Below are positions 1 through 12,277 of a stretch of 64,000 nt of DNA, in pieces. Made by a program: the position numbers and the translations under genes. The first letter of the stretch is position 1. Each line of letters opens with the position of its first letter. Origin of the DNA: Congregibacter sp. Its GTDB lineage: Bacteria; Pseudomonadota; Gammaproteobacteria; Pseudomonadales; Halieaceae. The stretch spans positions 8,695 through 72,694 of the forward strand of contig JBGCDU010000015.1 of the NCBI GenBank assembly GCA_045105635.1, in the 5' to 3' direction. The notes under the pieces are model-generated. The model was not told where the DNA came from. It saw only the letters and a program-made list of their open reading frames with translations, and did no database searches.

Positions 1-1314
1 TGGTATCACTATGGCGACGATTTGCGAGAGGTGGAGGAATCCGCAGTAACCCTCAAATACCGGGATGGTGATCGCCTACGCGAGCGTAGTTTCCCCCTTT
101 ATAGAACGCATCACGGCCCGATCACGCATCAACAGGACGGTAAGTGGGTCGCGACTAAAATCAACTGGGACCCGGTCAACGCATTGCGACAATCATACAT
201 CCGCAGTAAACAGAACGATCTGGCGGGTTTTCGGCAGATGATGGATATCCGCACTAATTCCTCGAACAACACCGTCTATGCCGACTCCAGCGGCAACATT
301 GCCTACTACCATGGCAACTTTATACCCCGGCGCAATCCCGACATTAACTTTTCGCTACCGGTTGACGGCAGCGACCCCGCTACGGACTGGCAGGGACTGC
401 ATACTCTGGAGGAGACCATCAGCGTGGTTAACCCATCCAACGGCTGGATTCAGAATTGCAATTCAACGCCGTTTACCGCGGCCGGTGTTTTCAGCCCGAA
501 GCCTGAGGACTACCCGCTTTACATGGCACCCGACGCGGAAAACTTTCGCGGTTTGCACGCGCAGCGAGTACTCAAAGATCTGAATGCGCTCACTCTTGAT
601 GATCTGATTGATATCGCCTACGACTCTTACCTACCGGGATTTGAGAAGCTGATCACCGGTGTTGTCAGCGCTTTCGACGAATCCGGGGCGCCGTACCCCC
701 AGCTGGCAGCGCCTATTGATGCCCTCCGCCGTTGGGATTTCCGCGTAACCACAGACTCGGTCGCGATGACCCTCGCGCATTTTTATGGCTCGCAGTATGC
801 CGAGCGCGGCTCAGCGCCTGAAGGCCTGTCACGTATGGAAACCGTCAATTACTTTGGCACTGGGACCGCCAACGATGAACGCCTGCGCATCCTGGCACAG
901 ACGGTGAAGACGCTGAACCACGATTTCGGCAGCTGGCAGGTCCCCTGGGGCGAGGTCAATAGGTTTCAGCGTCTTACCGGCGATCTGCAGCAACCGCAGG
1001 ATGACCAGGCGCCAAGTCTGCCGGTTGGCATGGCCTCGGGACGCTGGGGTGCACTGGCGTCCTATGGCGCCAGGCGATTTCCGGGCACCAAAAAGCTCTA
1101 CGGCGTCGCCGGGAACAGCTTTGTTGCAGTCGTGGAGTTTGGCGACCGTGTGCGCGCCAGAACACTGCTCGCCGGCGGACAAAGCGGTGATCCAGATTCG
1201 CCACACTTCGACGACCAGGTCCTGCCCTACGTCAATGCACAGTTCAAGGACGTGGCGTTTTATCGCGAAGACGTAAACGCCCGGGCCATCAGGCGCTACC
1301 ATCCGGGCCAATGA
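1..1314 (+). CDS. Penicillin acylase / AHL-acylase (PvdQ-like) family Ntn-hydrolase, beta-chain part; 5' truncated by the window edge
   Basis: Frame is open from base 1. Family motifs are RTHHGP, NTVYADSSGNIAY, GWIQNCNSTP and a C-terminal GGQSGDPDSPHFDDQ. Confidence 0.85.
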   Translation, partial: WYHYGDDLREVEESAVTLKYRDGDRLRERSFPLYRTHHGPITHQQDGKWVATKINWDPVNALRQSYIRSKQNDLAGFRQMMDIRTNSSNNTVYADSSGNIAYYHGNFIPRRNPDINFSLPVDGSDPATDWQGLHTLEETISVVNPSNGWIQNCNSTPFTAAGVFSPKPEDYPLYMAPDAENFRGLHAQRVLKDLNALTLDDLIDIAYDSYLPGFEKLITGVVSAFDESGAPYPQLAAPIDALRRWDFRVTTDSVAMTLAHFYGSQYAERGSAPEGLSRMETVNYFGTGTANDERLRILAQTVKTLNHDFGSWQVPWGEVNRFQRLTGDLQQPQDDQAPSLPVGMASGRWGALASYGARRFPGTKKLYGVAGNSFVAVVEFGDRVRARTLLAGGQSGDPDSPHFDDQVLPYVNAQFKDVAFYREDVNARAIRRYHPGQ

Positions 1315-1428
1315 TTCGTGGCGATGCATCAGCCGCCCATCGCGGCACTGGACGCGCTGGGCAACATACTGAAGAATCCACGCTCCGGCATTCCAATGCA
1401 GACTGCTATTTAGTAACGGACACATATT

Positions 1429-3558
1429 ATGATTGAGACACACTATCGTGCCTGCCATCTCTGCGAGGCGATCTGTGGTCTGAAGATCGAGACAGACGGC
1501 CAAACCATTGTCTCTATCAAGGGTGATGACGCGGACCCGCTGAGCCGTGGACACATCTGCCCGAAGGCGGTCGCGCTACGGGATATTCACGAGGACCCGG
1601 ATCGATTGAAATACCCAGTGCGACGTATCACCCGGGACGACGGAGCCCATGATTGGGAAGAAATCAGCTGGAAAGAAGCCCTGGACGCCACCGCCGAAGG
1701 TCTGCTGCGCACGCACCGTGAGCACGGTGTCGATGCAATAGGTGTGTATCTGGGCAATCCCTCGGTGCACAACTACGGCATGCTAACGCATCAGAATTAC
1801 CTGTTTCGATGGCTGCGCAGCAAGAATCGATACTCCGCCACCTCGGTCGATCAGTTGCCCCATCACCTGACATCGCTGTGGTTGTTTGGGCATAAATCGC
1901 TGTTTCCGATACCGGATATCGATCGCAGCGAGTACTTCCTGATGCTTGGCGCCAATCCACTGGCCAGCAATGGCAGTATCTGGACCGTGCCCGACGTCAA
2001 ACAACGGATCAAGGACCTTCTCGGCCGCGGCGGCAAACTGGTGGTGATCGATCCGCGTCGAACCGAAACCGCAGACATGGCCAGCGACTATTTACCCATA
2101 ATGCCCGGATCCGATGCACTACTTCTTGCGGCGCTTCTCAACACCATCTTCGCTGAGGGCCTTGCCGATCCGGGCAAGCTCGCGGCCTACACCGACGGAC
2201 TTGATGACGTCGCCCGCGCGTTGCACGATTTCACGCCGGAGTTGGCGGCACTGCATACGGGCATCGACGCGCAGACTATCCGGGGCATTGCCAGAGACTT
2301 CGCGAGTGCCGGGGCAGCTATCTGCTACGGCCGTATGGGTGTTTCCACACAACGCTTTGGCGCCCTGTGCCAGTGGCTGATTCAACTGATCAACATCGCC
2401 ACGGGTAACCTCGATCGCGAGGGTGGAAGCATGTTCACGCTGCCAGCGGTGGACCAGGTCCCACGCACCGGACCCGGAGATTTCGCCCGCCACCACAGCC
2501 GCGTGCGTCAGCTACCCGAGTTCGATCGAGAACTCCCGGCCGCCGCACTCGCGGAAGAAATCAGTACGCCGGGGGATGGGCAGATTCGCGCCCTGTTTAC
2601 CGGGGCCGGCAACCCCGTGCTATCCACACCCAACGGGCGCGCGCTGGAGGATGCCCTGCCAGGCCTCGACTTTATGGTGTCGCTGGACCCCTACATCAAT
2701 GAGACAACTCGCCACGCGCATATCATCTTGCCGCCGACGTCGCCTCTGGAGCACGACCACTACGATATCGCCTTCCATATCAATGCGCTGCGCAACACCA
2801 CGCGCTATAACCCACCAGTGTTTACACCTGCCAGCGACAAACTGCATGACTGGGAAATTTTTACCCAGCTTGGCGAACGCATCGCAGCCGCCTTTGGGGA
2901 AGAACCCAAAGAGCCGGTCGCACCTCACGACATGATCGATGTCGGTCTGCAGTTCGGTCCCTATGGAAAAGACAGCGAGCATGACCTCACACTGGAGAAG
3001 CTGAGGGAACACCCCTCCGGCATCGATCTGGGTCCGCTAAAAGCGATGCTGCCCGAACGGCTGATGAGCGCTGATAAACGCATACACTGCGCGACGCCCG
3101 AGCCCATGGCTGATCTGGCGCGTCTGGCACGGGATTTCCCGATAGACGGCACTACTATTCAAAACCGCCCCCTCCGTCTGATTGGACGCAGGCACGTGCG
3201 CTCGAACAACTCCTGGATGCATAACTACCACCTCCTGGTGAAGGGCAAAGCACGCGACCAGCTGCTGGTTCACCCACAGGATCTTGGCGCCTATCAATTG
3301 CACGATGGCGACACGGCGCTGTTGCGCTCGGATAGTGGTGAAGTTACCGTCACTATTCAGGCCTGCGATTCAGTCATGCGAGGCGTTGTTAGCCTACCGC
3401 ATGGTTATGGCCACAATCGACCGGGCACACGGATGCAGACCGCCACAGCGCATGCCGGTGTATCCTGTAACGACGTAACCGACGCCAATTATCTTGACGA
3501 GTTGTCAGGCAACGCCGCAGTCAACGGTGTTCCGGTTTCGCTGAGCGCAATTGCCTAA
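1429..3558 (+). CDS. Molybdopterin oxidoreductase (DMSO-reductase superfamily), cytoplasmic, substrate unknown
   Basis: N-terminal 4Fe-4S motif CHLCEAICG...GHICPK, LGANP, VVIDPRRTET and a C-terminal molybdopterin-dinucleotide-binding domain (LIGRRH...NNSWMHN, VSLPHGYG). No Tat signal. Confidence 0.9.
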   Translation: MIETHYRACHLCEAICGLKIETDGQTIVSIKGDDADPLSRGHICPKAVALRDIHEDPDRLKYPVRRITRDDGAHDWEEISWKEALDATAEGLLRTHREHGVDAIGVYLGNPSVHNYGMLTHQNYLFRWLRSKNRYSATSVDQLPHHLTSLWLFGHKSLFPIPDIDRSEYFLMLGANPLASNGSIWTVPDVKQRIKDLLGRGGKLVVIDPRRTETADMASDYLPIMPGSDALLLAALLNTIFAEGLADPGKLAAYTDGLDDVARALHDFTPELAALHTGIDAQTIRGIARDFASAGAAICYGRMGVSTQRFGALCQWLIQLINIATGNLDREGGSMFTLPAVDQVPRTGPGDFARHHSRVRQLPEFDRELPAAALAEEISTPGDGQIRALFTGAGNPVLSTPNGRALEDALPGLDFMVSLDPYINETTRHAHIILPPTSPLEHDHYDIAFHINALRNTTRYNPPVFTPASDKLHDWEIFTQLGERIAAAFGEEPKEPVAPHDMIDVGLQFGPYGKDSEHDLTLEKLREHPSGIDLGPLKAMLPERLMSADKRIHCATPEPMADLARLARDFPIDGTTIQNRPLRLIGRRHVRSNNSWMHNYHLLVKGKARDQLLVHPQDLGAYQLHDGDTALLRSDSGEVTVTIQACDSVMRGVVSLPHGYGHNRPGTRMQTATAHAGVSCNDVTDANYLDELSGNAAVNGVPVSLSAIA

Positions 3559-3622
3559 GCTTGCGTCTACACAACAATAGTCATCAATGAGGTGAACGCG
3601 CCTCACCGAAAGGAACCACACT

Positions 3623-4216
3623 ATGGATATCGCAACTATTGTCATTCTTGTGATTTTGCTTGGCCTGGGTCTGTTCGTGATCAACATCTACAACACCCTG
3701 GTAAGCCTGAAAAACCGCTTTGAAAACGCCTTCGCGCAAATCGAAGTGCAGTTAAAGCGGCGCTATGACCTAATCCCGAACCTCGTAGAAACAGCCCGGG
3801 CATATATGGGCCATGAGCGTGAAACCCTGGAAGCCGTTGTCAGCGCAAGAAATGAGGCCGCGGCCGTACTCAAAGCTATGGGAGAATCAGGTGGCGGCGC
3901 GTCCATGGCATCCCTTGCCGGAGCGGAGAATAATCTGCAAGGCGCGCTAGGCAAACTCAACATCACCATGGAAGCCTATCCGGACCTCAAAGCCAGCGAA
4001 AACATGCAGCAACTCTCTGAGGAACTCACAAGCACCGAAAATCGAGTCGCCTTTGCCCGTCAGGGCTTTAACGATGCGGTAATGGCTTACAACACCTATC
4101 GGCAGAGTTTTCCCCCGGTCGCCCTCGCGTCAACCTTTGGCCATCCGCTGGATGCTGAGTTGCTGGAGTTTGATGACAGCGTGCAAATTCAGGCGGCGCC
4201 CACTGTCAGTTTCTGA
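3623..4216 (+). CDS. lemA: LemA family membrane protein
   Basis: N-terminal TM, YNTLV, QLKRRYDLIPNLV, EAYPDLKA, TENRVAFARQGFNDAV. Confidence 0.93.
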   Translation: MDIATIVILVILLGLGLFVINIYNTLVSLKNRFENAFAQIEVQLKRRYDLIPNLVETARAYMGHERETLEAVVSARNEAAAVLKAMGESGGGASMASLAGAENNLQGALGKLNITMEAYPDLKASENMQQLSEELTSTENRVAFARQGFNDAVMAYNTYRQSFPPVALASTFGHPLDAELLEFDDSVQIQAAPTVSF

Positions 4217-4277
4217 TTCGAGCGCGCTACACATGCTCGTAACTTGCAGCTAAGTCCAGCGCGGAGTAGACAGGACC

Positions 4278-6230
4278 GTGGATTTTTTTGCGCAGCAGGA
4301 TCGTGCCCGACGCAACACGCGCTTTCTGGTGTTGCTGTTTTGTCTGGCGGTGATATTACTGGTTTTTCTGGTCAACGGTCTTATCACCGCGTTCCTGTGG
4401 ATAGGCCGAGACTACAATCTGTATGTCGGCGGAAGTGGTTGGTCCGGATTTATCCGGACCTTTTCTGTCGAGCGTTTCGCCACAGTGAGCGTGGTGGTGT
4501 TCGCCACCATCGCGCTTGTATCGCTGGTTCGCTGGGTGCAGCTCGCATCGGGCGGAAAAGTCGTCGCTGAGAGCATGGGCGGTCGACGCGTGCTAGCGCA
4601 GAGCGATGACCCCTTCGAGAAGCGCTGCCTCAACATCGTCGAGGAACTATCCCTCGCAGCCAGCATGCCAGCACCCGCGCTTTATGTGCTTCCCGATGAG
4701 CGCGGGATCAACGCCTTTGCGGCAGGTGTTACGCCTGCGGACGCGGTGGTCGCGGTGACCCGGGGCACCTTGCTGCAATTAAAGCGAGACGAACTACAGG
4801 GCGTTATCGGGCACGAATTCAGCCACATACTCAACGGCGATATGCGCCTAGGCATCCGCCTTGCGTCACTGCTTAAAGGCATCACGTTTATCGGCGATGT
4901 CGGGCATTTTATGCTGCGCGCGGGCGCATACGGTATCGGTGGCGGCAATAATCGCAGTTCGGAACGCAGTGCGGCTCTGCCGATCATGGGTCTGGCGCTT
5001 TTGGTGATTGGCTGGCTTGGCTCACTTTCCGCGGGATTTATTAAAGCGGCAATCAGTCGGCAAAAAGAATATCTGGCGGATGCCAGCGCGGTGCAGTTCA
5101 CGCGCGACACCAGCGGCATTGCCGGCGCTCTGAAAGCCATTGGCGGTTTTTTACCGGGTTCATTGGTGCACGCAGCGCGCGCGCAGGAAATGTCGCATCT
5201 ATTTTTTGGCGAGGTGCGCCATGCGCTCTGGGACGGCTTCGCAACGCACCCACCCCTGGAGCGACGCATTCTGCGCCTGGATGCACAGTGGGATGGCAAA
5301 TTTATTACGCGCAAAGAAGTCCGCTACGGCGTCGGGCCACTCGACGAGGAGGCCACACGAGTTGGCGTAGGAAGGGCTGCGTTGGTAGCCGCCGCGATGG
5401 CCAGTGCCCGCCTGAACGTGGACGACTTGGCCGGCGGCTCCGATAGCAATAGCTCCCATGCCGATCAGCCGGACGACGCCGAGCCCAGCGCACTTGATGC
5501 ACTCCCCATCGCACTGCAAGAAGCAGTGCATGACCCCCTTGGCGCGACCGCAATCGCACTGGCAATGCTAGTCGCCCGAGACGAAACGCACAGTGAGGTG
5601 GAGTTAAAACTTATCGCTGATACCGGCGTACGCGGGCAGGCGGAATTGGTGAAAGACATGCTTGCACCGGTCGGCGCGCTGCCATCAGGCCAACGATTTC
5701 CGCTATTGGCCATCGCGATGCCAGCCCTTAAGAGCTTATCGACGCCGCAATACCGCCAATTTAAAACTACGCTACTGGCGGTTATTAGCGCGGATCAGCA
5801 TACGGACCTGTTCGAGTGGTGCTTGTTTCAACTCCTGCGCCACTACCTCGACCCCGAGTACCTGCAAGTACCAGTCAGTCGACCGCGCTACGCCAAATTG
5901 GGGAAGCTCCGCACGCCGTTGCGTCAAGTGCTGTCGCTGCTAGCGCATCAGGGTGAAGCTGACAGCCAAAGCGCCTTTGACCTTGCCTGCGACACCCTGG
6001 GCCTGGAGGGTTTACAGATGCTGCCCTCGGCTGACTGCAAAATTGCCGATTTCAGTCGCGCCGTACATACACTCGCCGACTGCTACCCGCTGCTTAAACC
6101 GCAGATACTCAAGGCTATGGCTTTGGCAGCCGCAGACGATGGGCAGGTCAGCGTGACAGAGCGCGAGCTTGTGGTGGCCGTCGCGGCGGTTATGGACTGC
6201 CCGCCACCGCCAGAAATAGCGCTGCACTAG
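4278..6230 (+). CDS. M48 (HtpX-like) membrane zinc metalloprotease with a C-terminal TerB-like helical domain
   Basis: INAFAAG, HEFSH zinc motif, SRQKEYLADASAVQFTR and THPPLERRI. It follows lemA, a common pairing. Confidence 0.85.
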   Translation: MDFFAQQDRARRNTRFLVLLFCLAVILLVFLVNGLITAFLWIGRDYNLYVGGSGWSGFIRTFSVERFATVSVVVFATIALVSLVRWVQLASGGKVVAESMGGRRVLAQSDDPFEKRCLNIVEELSLAASMPAPALYVLPDERGINAFAAGVTPADAVVAVTRGTLLQLKRDELQGVIGHEFSHILNGDMRLGIRLASLLKGITFIGDVGHFMLRAGAYGIGGGNNRSSERSAALPIMGLALLVIGWLGSLSAGFIKAAISRQKEYLADASAVQFTRDTSGIAGALKAIGGFLPGSLVHAARAQEMSHLFFGEVRHALWDGFATHPPLERRILRLDAQWDGKFITRKEVRYGVGPLDEEATRVGVGRAALVAAAMASARLNVDDLAGGSDSNSSHADQPDDAEPSALDALPIALQEAVHDPLGATAIALAMLVARDETHSEVELKLIADTGVRGQAELVKDMLAPVGALPSGQRFPLLAIAMPALKSLSTPQYRQFKTTLLAVISADQHTDLFEWCLFQLLRHYLDPEYLQVPVSRPRYAKLGKLRTPLRQVLSLLAHQGEADSQSAFDLACDTLGLEGLQMLPSADCKIADFSRAVHTLADCYPLLKPQILKAMALAAADDGQVSVTERELVVAVAAVMDCPPPPEIALH

Positions 6231-6568
6231 ACCGCTCTACTCACGCGGTAAACAGTCGAGCCCGCCCACATGGCTTTCGCCATATACGATCAGGCGCCGC
6301 AGCCGAGCTTTCTATCAACTGGGGATTTGCTAAGCTTGAACCGTTGCGTCGCGTGCACAAACACCACGGAAGGTGGTTTGTTCGCGTTCTGCTTGCAGAT
6401 GGATCGCAGAAGGACTGCAGATGACCTGCAGCGCGCGACCGCGACGAAGAACGCTTAAAAGAGCGTGACGTAAACCAAAAGAAAGAGCGAAAACACAGCG
6501 AAAAAATAGCGAGTAGATACACCGACACTCAGCAAGCAGTAAACGTAACGAGCAAGGAGGCTCCGCGC

Positions 6569-7090
6569 ATGCATAGCAAGTTGAATCGACACATCAATAG
6601 CACCCAAAATGGCACTCAGAGCACCGTAGGAAGCAGAGGCCATAGCAGCAGTCACACCTCTGCTCAGGTCCAACTCACCGAGGCACTCCGACTCCGCAGT
6701 GGTTGTCCGCGACCACCGCCTCACCAACCCCCAAAACGTGATGACGAGCCCAAGCAAGCCGCTTATCTGCCGCTCTCGCGCACGACTGACCGCGTGCTCA
6801 AGATTCTGCTCGAGGGCGATCTATCTCGACTCCGCGCTGAAAACGTCGCAGAAAGTCTTGGCATCAGCTGCACAACCTTGCGCAGGCGACTCAGGAATGA
6901 CCATACGAGCTACCAGTTCTTGCTCGATCGTGCGCGTCAGTACCGATGCGAATCACGTCTTCGAGAACGCTGGCTTCCCGGCAAGTGCTTTGCCGATGAA
7001 TTAGGCTACCTGGAGGTCAACAGCTTTTATCGGGCATTTCGACGTTGGACAGGACTGAGCTACAGTGAATACAAGGAGTCGTACCACTAG
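6569..7090 (+). CDS. AraC-family helix-turn-helix protein (DNA-binding domain only)
   Basis: VAESLGISCTTLRRRL ... ADELGYLEVNSFYRAFRRWTG double-HTH signature. Start is uncertain. Confidence 0.75.
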   Translation: MHSKLNRHINSTQNGTQSTVGSRGHSSSHTSAQVQLTEALRLRSGCPRPPPHQPPKRDDEPKQAAYLPLSRTTDRVLKILLEGDLSRLRAENVAESLGISCTTLRRRLRNDHTSYQFLLDRARQYRCESRLRERWLPGKCFADELGYLEVNSFYRAFRRWTGLSYSEYKESYH

Positions 7091-7174
7091 CATTCTTGCA
7101 AGCAGAGGGTAGTGAAGTTAAGTGACCCGCCGGTGCACACTGCAGGCTGTGGTACATGTATGGGCTTAGGACTT

Positions 7175-7204
7175 GGGGCAGGGCGAAAAAGCCCCGCCCT
7201 TTCC
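7175..7204. terminator. Putative intrinsic terminator between the convergent araC-like gene and purA
   Basis: GC-rich hairpin agggcg/cgccct followed by a short ttt tract, with an internal A-run. Confidence 0.4.
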
Positions 7205-7226
7205 CGCCATTTGCCCGGGCGAACGA

Positions 7227-9735
<2,509 letters not shown>

Positions 9736-9736
<1 letters not shown>

Positions 9737-9927
9737 TAGTTCACCAGATACAAGATCACTAAACCAAGAAGCATGCTGCCGAGACCAAACCGTCGGATAC
9801 TCGCATCATCAAGCTGCGCGACCGTCGCGACCATAGACCGCCAGCGTGCGGGACTGAGGAATGGAAACATCCCTTCGATAACAAAAACGAGTGCAATCGC
9901 CACTGGAAAGATCTGCCAGAATTCCAT
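9736..9927 (-). CDS. yjeT: DUF2065 / YjeT small membrane protein
   Basis: ALVFVIEGMFPFLSPARWR...IRRFGL, lying between hflC and hisZ/purA. Confidence 0.9.
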
Positions 9928-10010
9928 AGTCACTCAGCGCCTAAAAAAAATGCCATACGCAATCTCAGACGCGAACCAAATAGCGAAACAAGCAACAAAA
10001 TAACTCCCAA

Positions 10011-10063
10011 GAAAAAGCCGTGGACGTGGTTACGCGTATGTTCGCGCTCCACTCTCCACGGCT
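10011..10063 (-). terminator. Long hairpin plus U-tract downstream of hflC (putative intrinsic terminator or attenuator)
   Basis: 9-bp stem agccgtgga/tccacggct with inner gtgg/ccac and cgcg/cgcg pairing. On the minus strand it is followed by ttttc. Confidence 0.55.
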
Positions 10064-10129
10064 GCGGGATGTTACCACATGGGTAGGCTATACGGGCTCT
10101 AAGGCCTATTGTTCGGTGCGGACGATCGT

Positions 10130-11008
10130 CTACTTTTTACCGCCGCTAGAATCTTTCAGATACCGAAAGAATTCGCTGTCGGGCTGTACCAACATCATGT
10201 CGCCATTCCCGCTAAAGGCATCCTGGTAGGCACGCAGACTGCGCGTAAAGGAGTAGAACTCCGGGTCCTTGCCAAACGCTTCCGCGTAGGTGCGTGTCGC
10301 TTCAGCATCGCCCTCACCGCGAAGCTCCTCGGCCTCTCGGTACGCATTGGCGCGAATCACAGTTACTTCACGGTCAGCCGCTGCGCGGATACCCTCAGCC
10401 AACTCCTGACCTTGTGAGCGTCGCTCCCGGGCTTCCTTTTCTCGCTCGGCGTTCATGCGGCGATACACCGACTCGGACACGTCTGCGGGCAGATCAATTT
10501 GCTTCACACGCACATCCACAAGCTCAATACCCAGCTCCGTTCGCGCTACTATGTCCAACTCTGCGGTGATGTCTTCCATGAGCTGATCGCGCTCTCCGGA
10601 CACCACTTCCTGAATCGTACGACTGGCCACCTGATTACGCAGACCGTCATTGATACGCTGCGCCAACAATCCCGCTGCGCGAGCAACATCGCCGCTGGTT
10701 GCCGTGTAAAAGGTGTCCGTATCCGCGATGCGGTACTTCGCATACGAGTCGACGATCAGGGCCTTCTGCTCCTGCGTGAAGAAACGCTCAGGCTGAGAGT
10801 CCACGGTCAAAACACGACCGTCGAATTTTCGGACATTGTTAACAAAAGGTATCTTTACATGTAATCCCGGCTCAAGTTCGGCCGTGACGACCTCACCAAA
10901 TCGCAGGAGTACGCCGCGCTCCGTCTCTTTAATGACGAAGAGCGAGTTGGAGGCGATAAAGGCGATAAACGCCACTATCATCAAAAGGCTAAGACCTCGT
11001 CCCGACAT
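10130..11008 (-). CDS. hflC: FtsH protease modulator HflC
   Basis: SPFH domain, LHVKIPF, DVRVKQIDLP, VYRRMNAER, FYSFTRSLRAY. ATG at 11008. Confidence 0.97.
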   Translation of the reverse strand: MSGRGLSLLMIVAFIAFIASNSLFVIKETERGVLLRFGEVVTAELEPGLHVKIPFVNNVRKFDGRVLTVDSQPERFFTQEQKALIVDSYAKYRIADTDTFYTATSGDVARAAGLLAQRINDGLRNQVASRTIQEVVSGERDQLMEDITAELDIVARTELGIELVDVRVKQIDLPADVSESVYRRMNAEREKEARERRSQGQELAEGIRAAADREVTVIRANAYREAEELRGEGDAEATRTYAEAFGKDPEFYSFTRSLRAYQDAFSGNGDMMLVQPDSEFFRYLKDSSGGKK

Positions 11009-11009
11009 T

Positions 11010-12170
11010 TTAACGTGCTCCTCTGCGTGGCTGCGACGCCGCGGCATCGCGGAGCATCTGCTCCCTGACCGCGTCCGTTAACTCGCGAAGATTACTGGTG
11101 TTGATCTCAAGTGGTGCAGCGCGACTTCCCTGCCCCATGCCCCCTCCGAGTTTGTCCAGCGGCAGATACATCATGTTGTTACCGCCCTCGACATCGACCA
11201 TGACCTTGTTGGTGTTCGCCAGCACATTCTGCACGGCGTCCAGGTACAGACGCTCTCGAGTGACCACGGGGGCTTTGCGGTACTCCGTCAGCAGTGCAAG
11301 AAAGCGATTGGCCTCACCCTGCGCATTTGCGAGAACTTCCTCACGATAGGCGCTGGCTTCTTCGATCTGTCGCTGCGCTCGACCACGGGCTTCCGGGACA
11401 ATACCGTTAGCGTAGGATTGCGCTTCATTCTTTACGCGCTCCTCGTCTTCGCGAGCCTTGATCACGTCATCGAAGGCGGCCTGCACTGGTGTAGGTGGCT
11501 TCGAATCATCGACGTTTACCGTCGATAAACGAATGCCCGTACCGTAACTGGACAGATAATCCTGCAGACGATCCTGTACTTCCGTGGCTATCCGGGCGCG
11601 GCCTTCGGTCAGCACCAGATCCATGGTCATGCCGCCTACCACGTGGCGCAGGGCACTCTTCGCCGCGTGCTGCAATGAGTTTTCGGGCAACCTTACCTGA
11701 AGCACATAGTCCTTCACGTTATCGACCACATACTGCACGGACATGCTGACCTCGACGATGTTTTCGTCCTGCGTCAACATGATCTCCTTGAAGCGCGCTG
11801 AGCGAACACGCGTGGTGTTCTCCAGAATAACCTCGTCGATCAGCGGCGGATTCCAGTGCAGGCCAGGCATGGCAGTTTCCTGAAACTTGCCAAAGCGCAG
11901 GACCACCGCACGTTCCTGCTGGTCAACCTGGTATAGACCCATAAAAGCCCACACTCCGACGGCAATCACAGCGCCGAAGATCAATAGTGAGGCGGAGGCT
12001 TTACCGCCACCTCCACTGCTCCCGCTGCCGCTACCACCGCCTCCACCAAACAGGCCACCAAGGCGTTGCTGAAGTTTCTTCAGCGCCTCTTCCAGATCTG
12101 GCGGACCTTGGTTGCCACCCCCCCAGGGATCGCGACCATTGTTGCCACCACCCGGTTCATTCCAGGCCAT
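11010..12170 (-). CDS. hflK: FtsH protease modulator HflK
   Basis: MAWNEPGG...DPWG...PPDLEEA, VLRFGK, LTQDENIV, VQAAFDDVIKARED. Confidence 0.98.
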   Translation of the reverse strand: MAWNEPGGGNNGRDPWGGGNQGPPDLEEALKKLQQRLGGLFGGGGGSGSGSSGGGGKASASLLIFGAVIAVGVWAFMGLYQVDQQERAVVLRFGKFQETAMPGLHWNPPLIDEVILENTTRVRSARFKEIMLTQDENIVEVSMSVQYVVDNVKDYVLQVRLPENSLQHAAKSALRHVVGGMTMDLVLTEGRARIATEVQDRLQDYLSSYGTGIRLSTVNVDDSKPPTPVQAAFDDVIKAREDEERVKNEAQSYANGIVPEARGRAQRQIEEASAYREEVLANAQGEANRFLALLTEYRKAPVVTRERLYLDAVQNVLANTNKVMVDVEGGNNMMYLPLDKLGGGMGQGSRAAPLEINTSNLRELTDAVREQMLRDAAASQPRRGAR

Positions 12171-12277
12171 GTGATATCTCCTTGATAAGCAAGCGCGCTA
12201 TTCTAGCAAACTCGGTGAACTTAAAGGTGTCGACGTGAATTTCGTCAAGCGTCTTTTTTGCTGGCCGAACAGACAGC

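Noticed and set aside
1429-3558. Selenocysteine recoding in the molybdoenzyme
   Set aside because: The ORF is uninterrupted, with no in-frame TGA.
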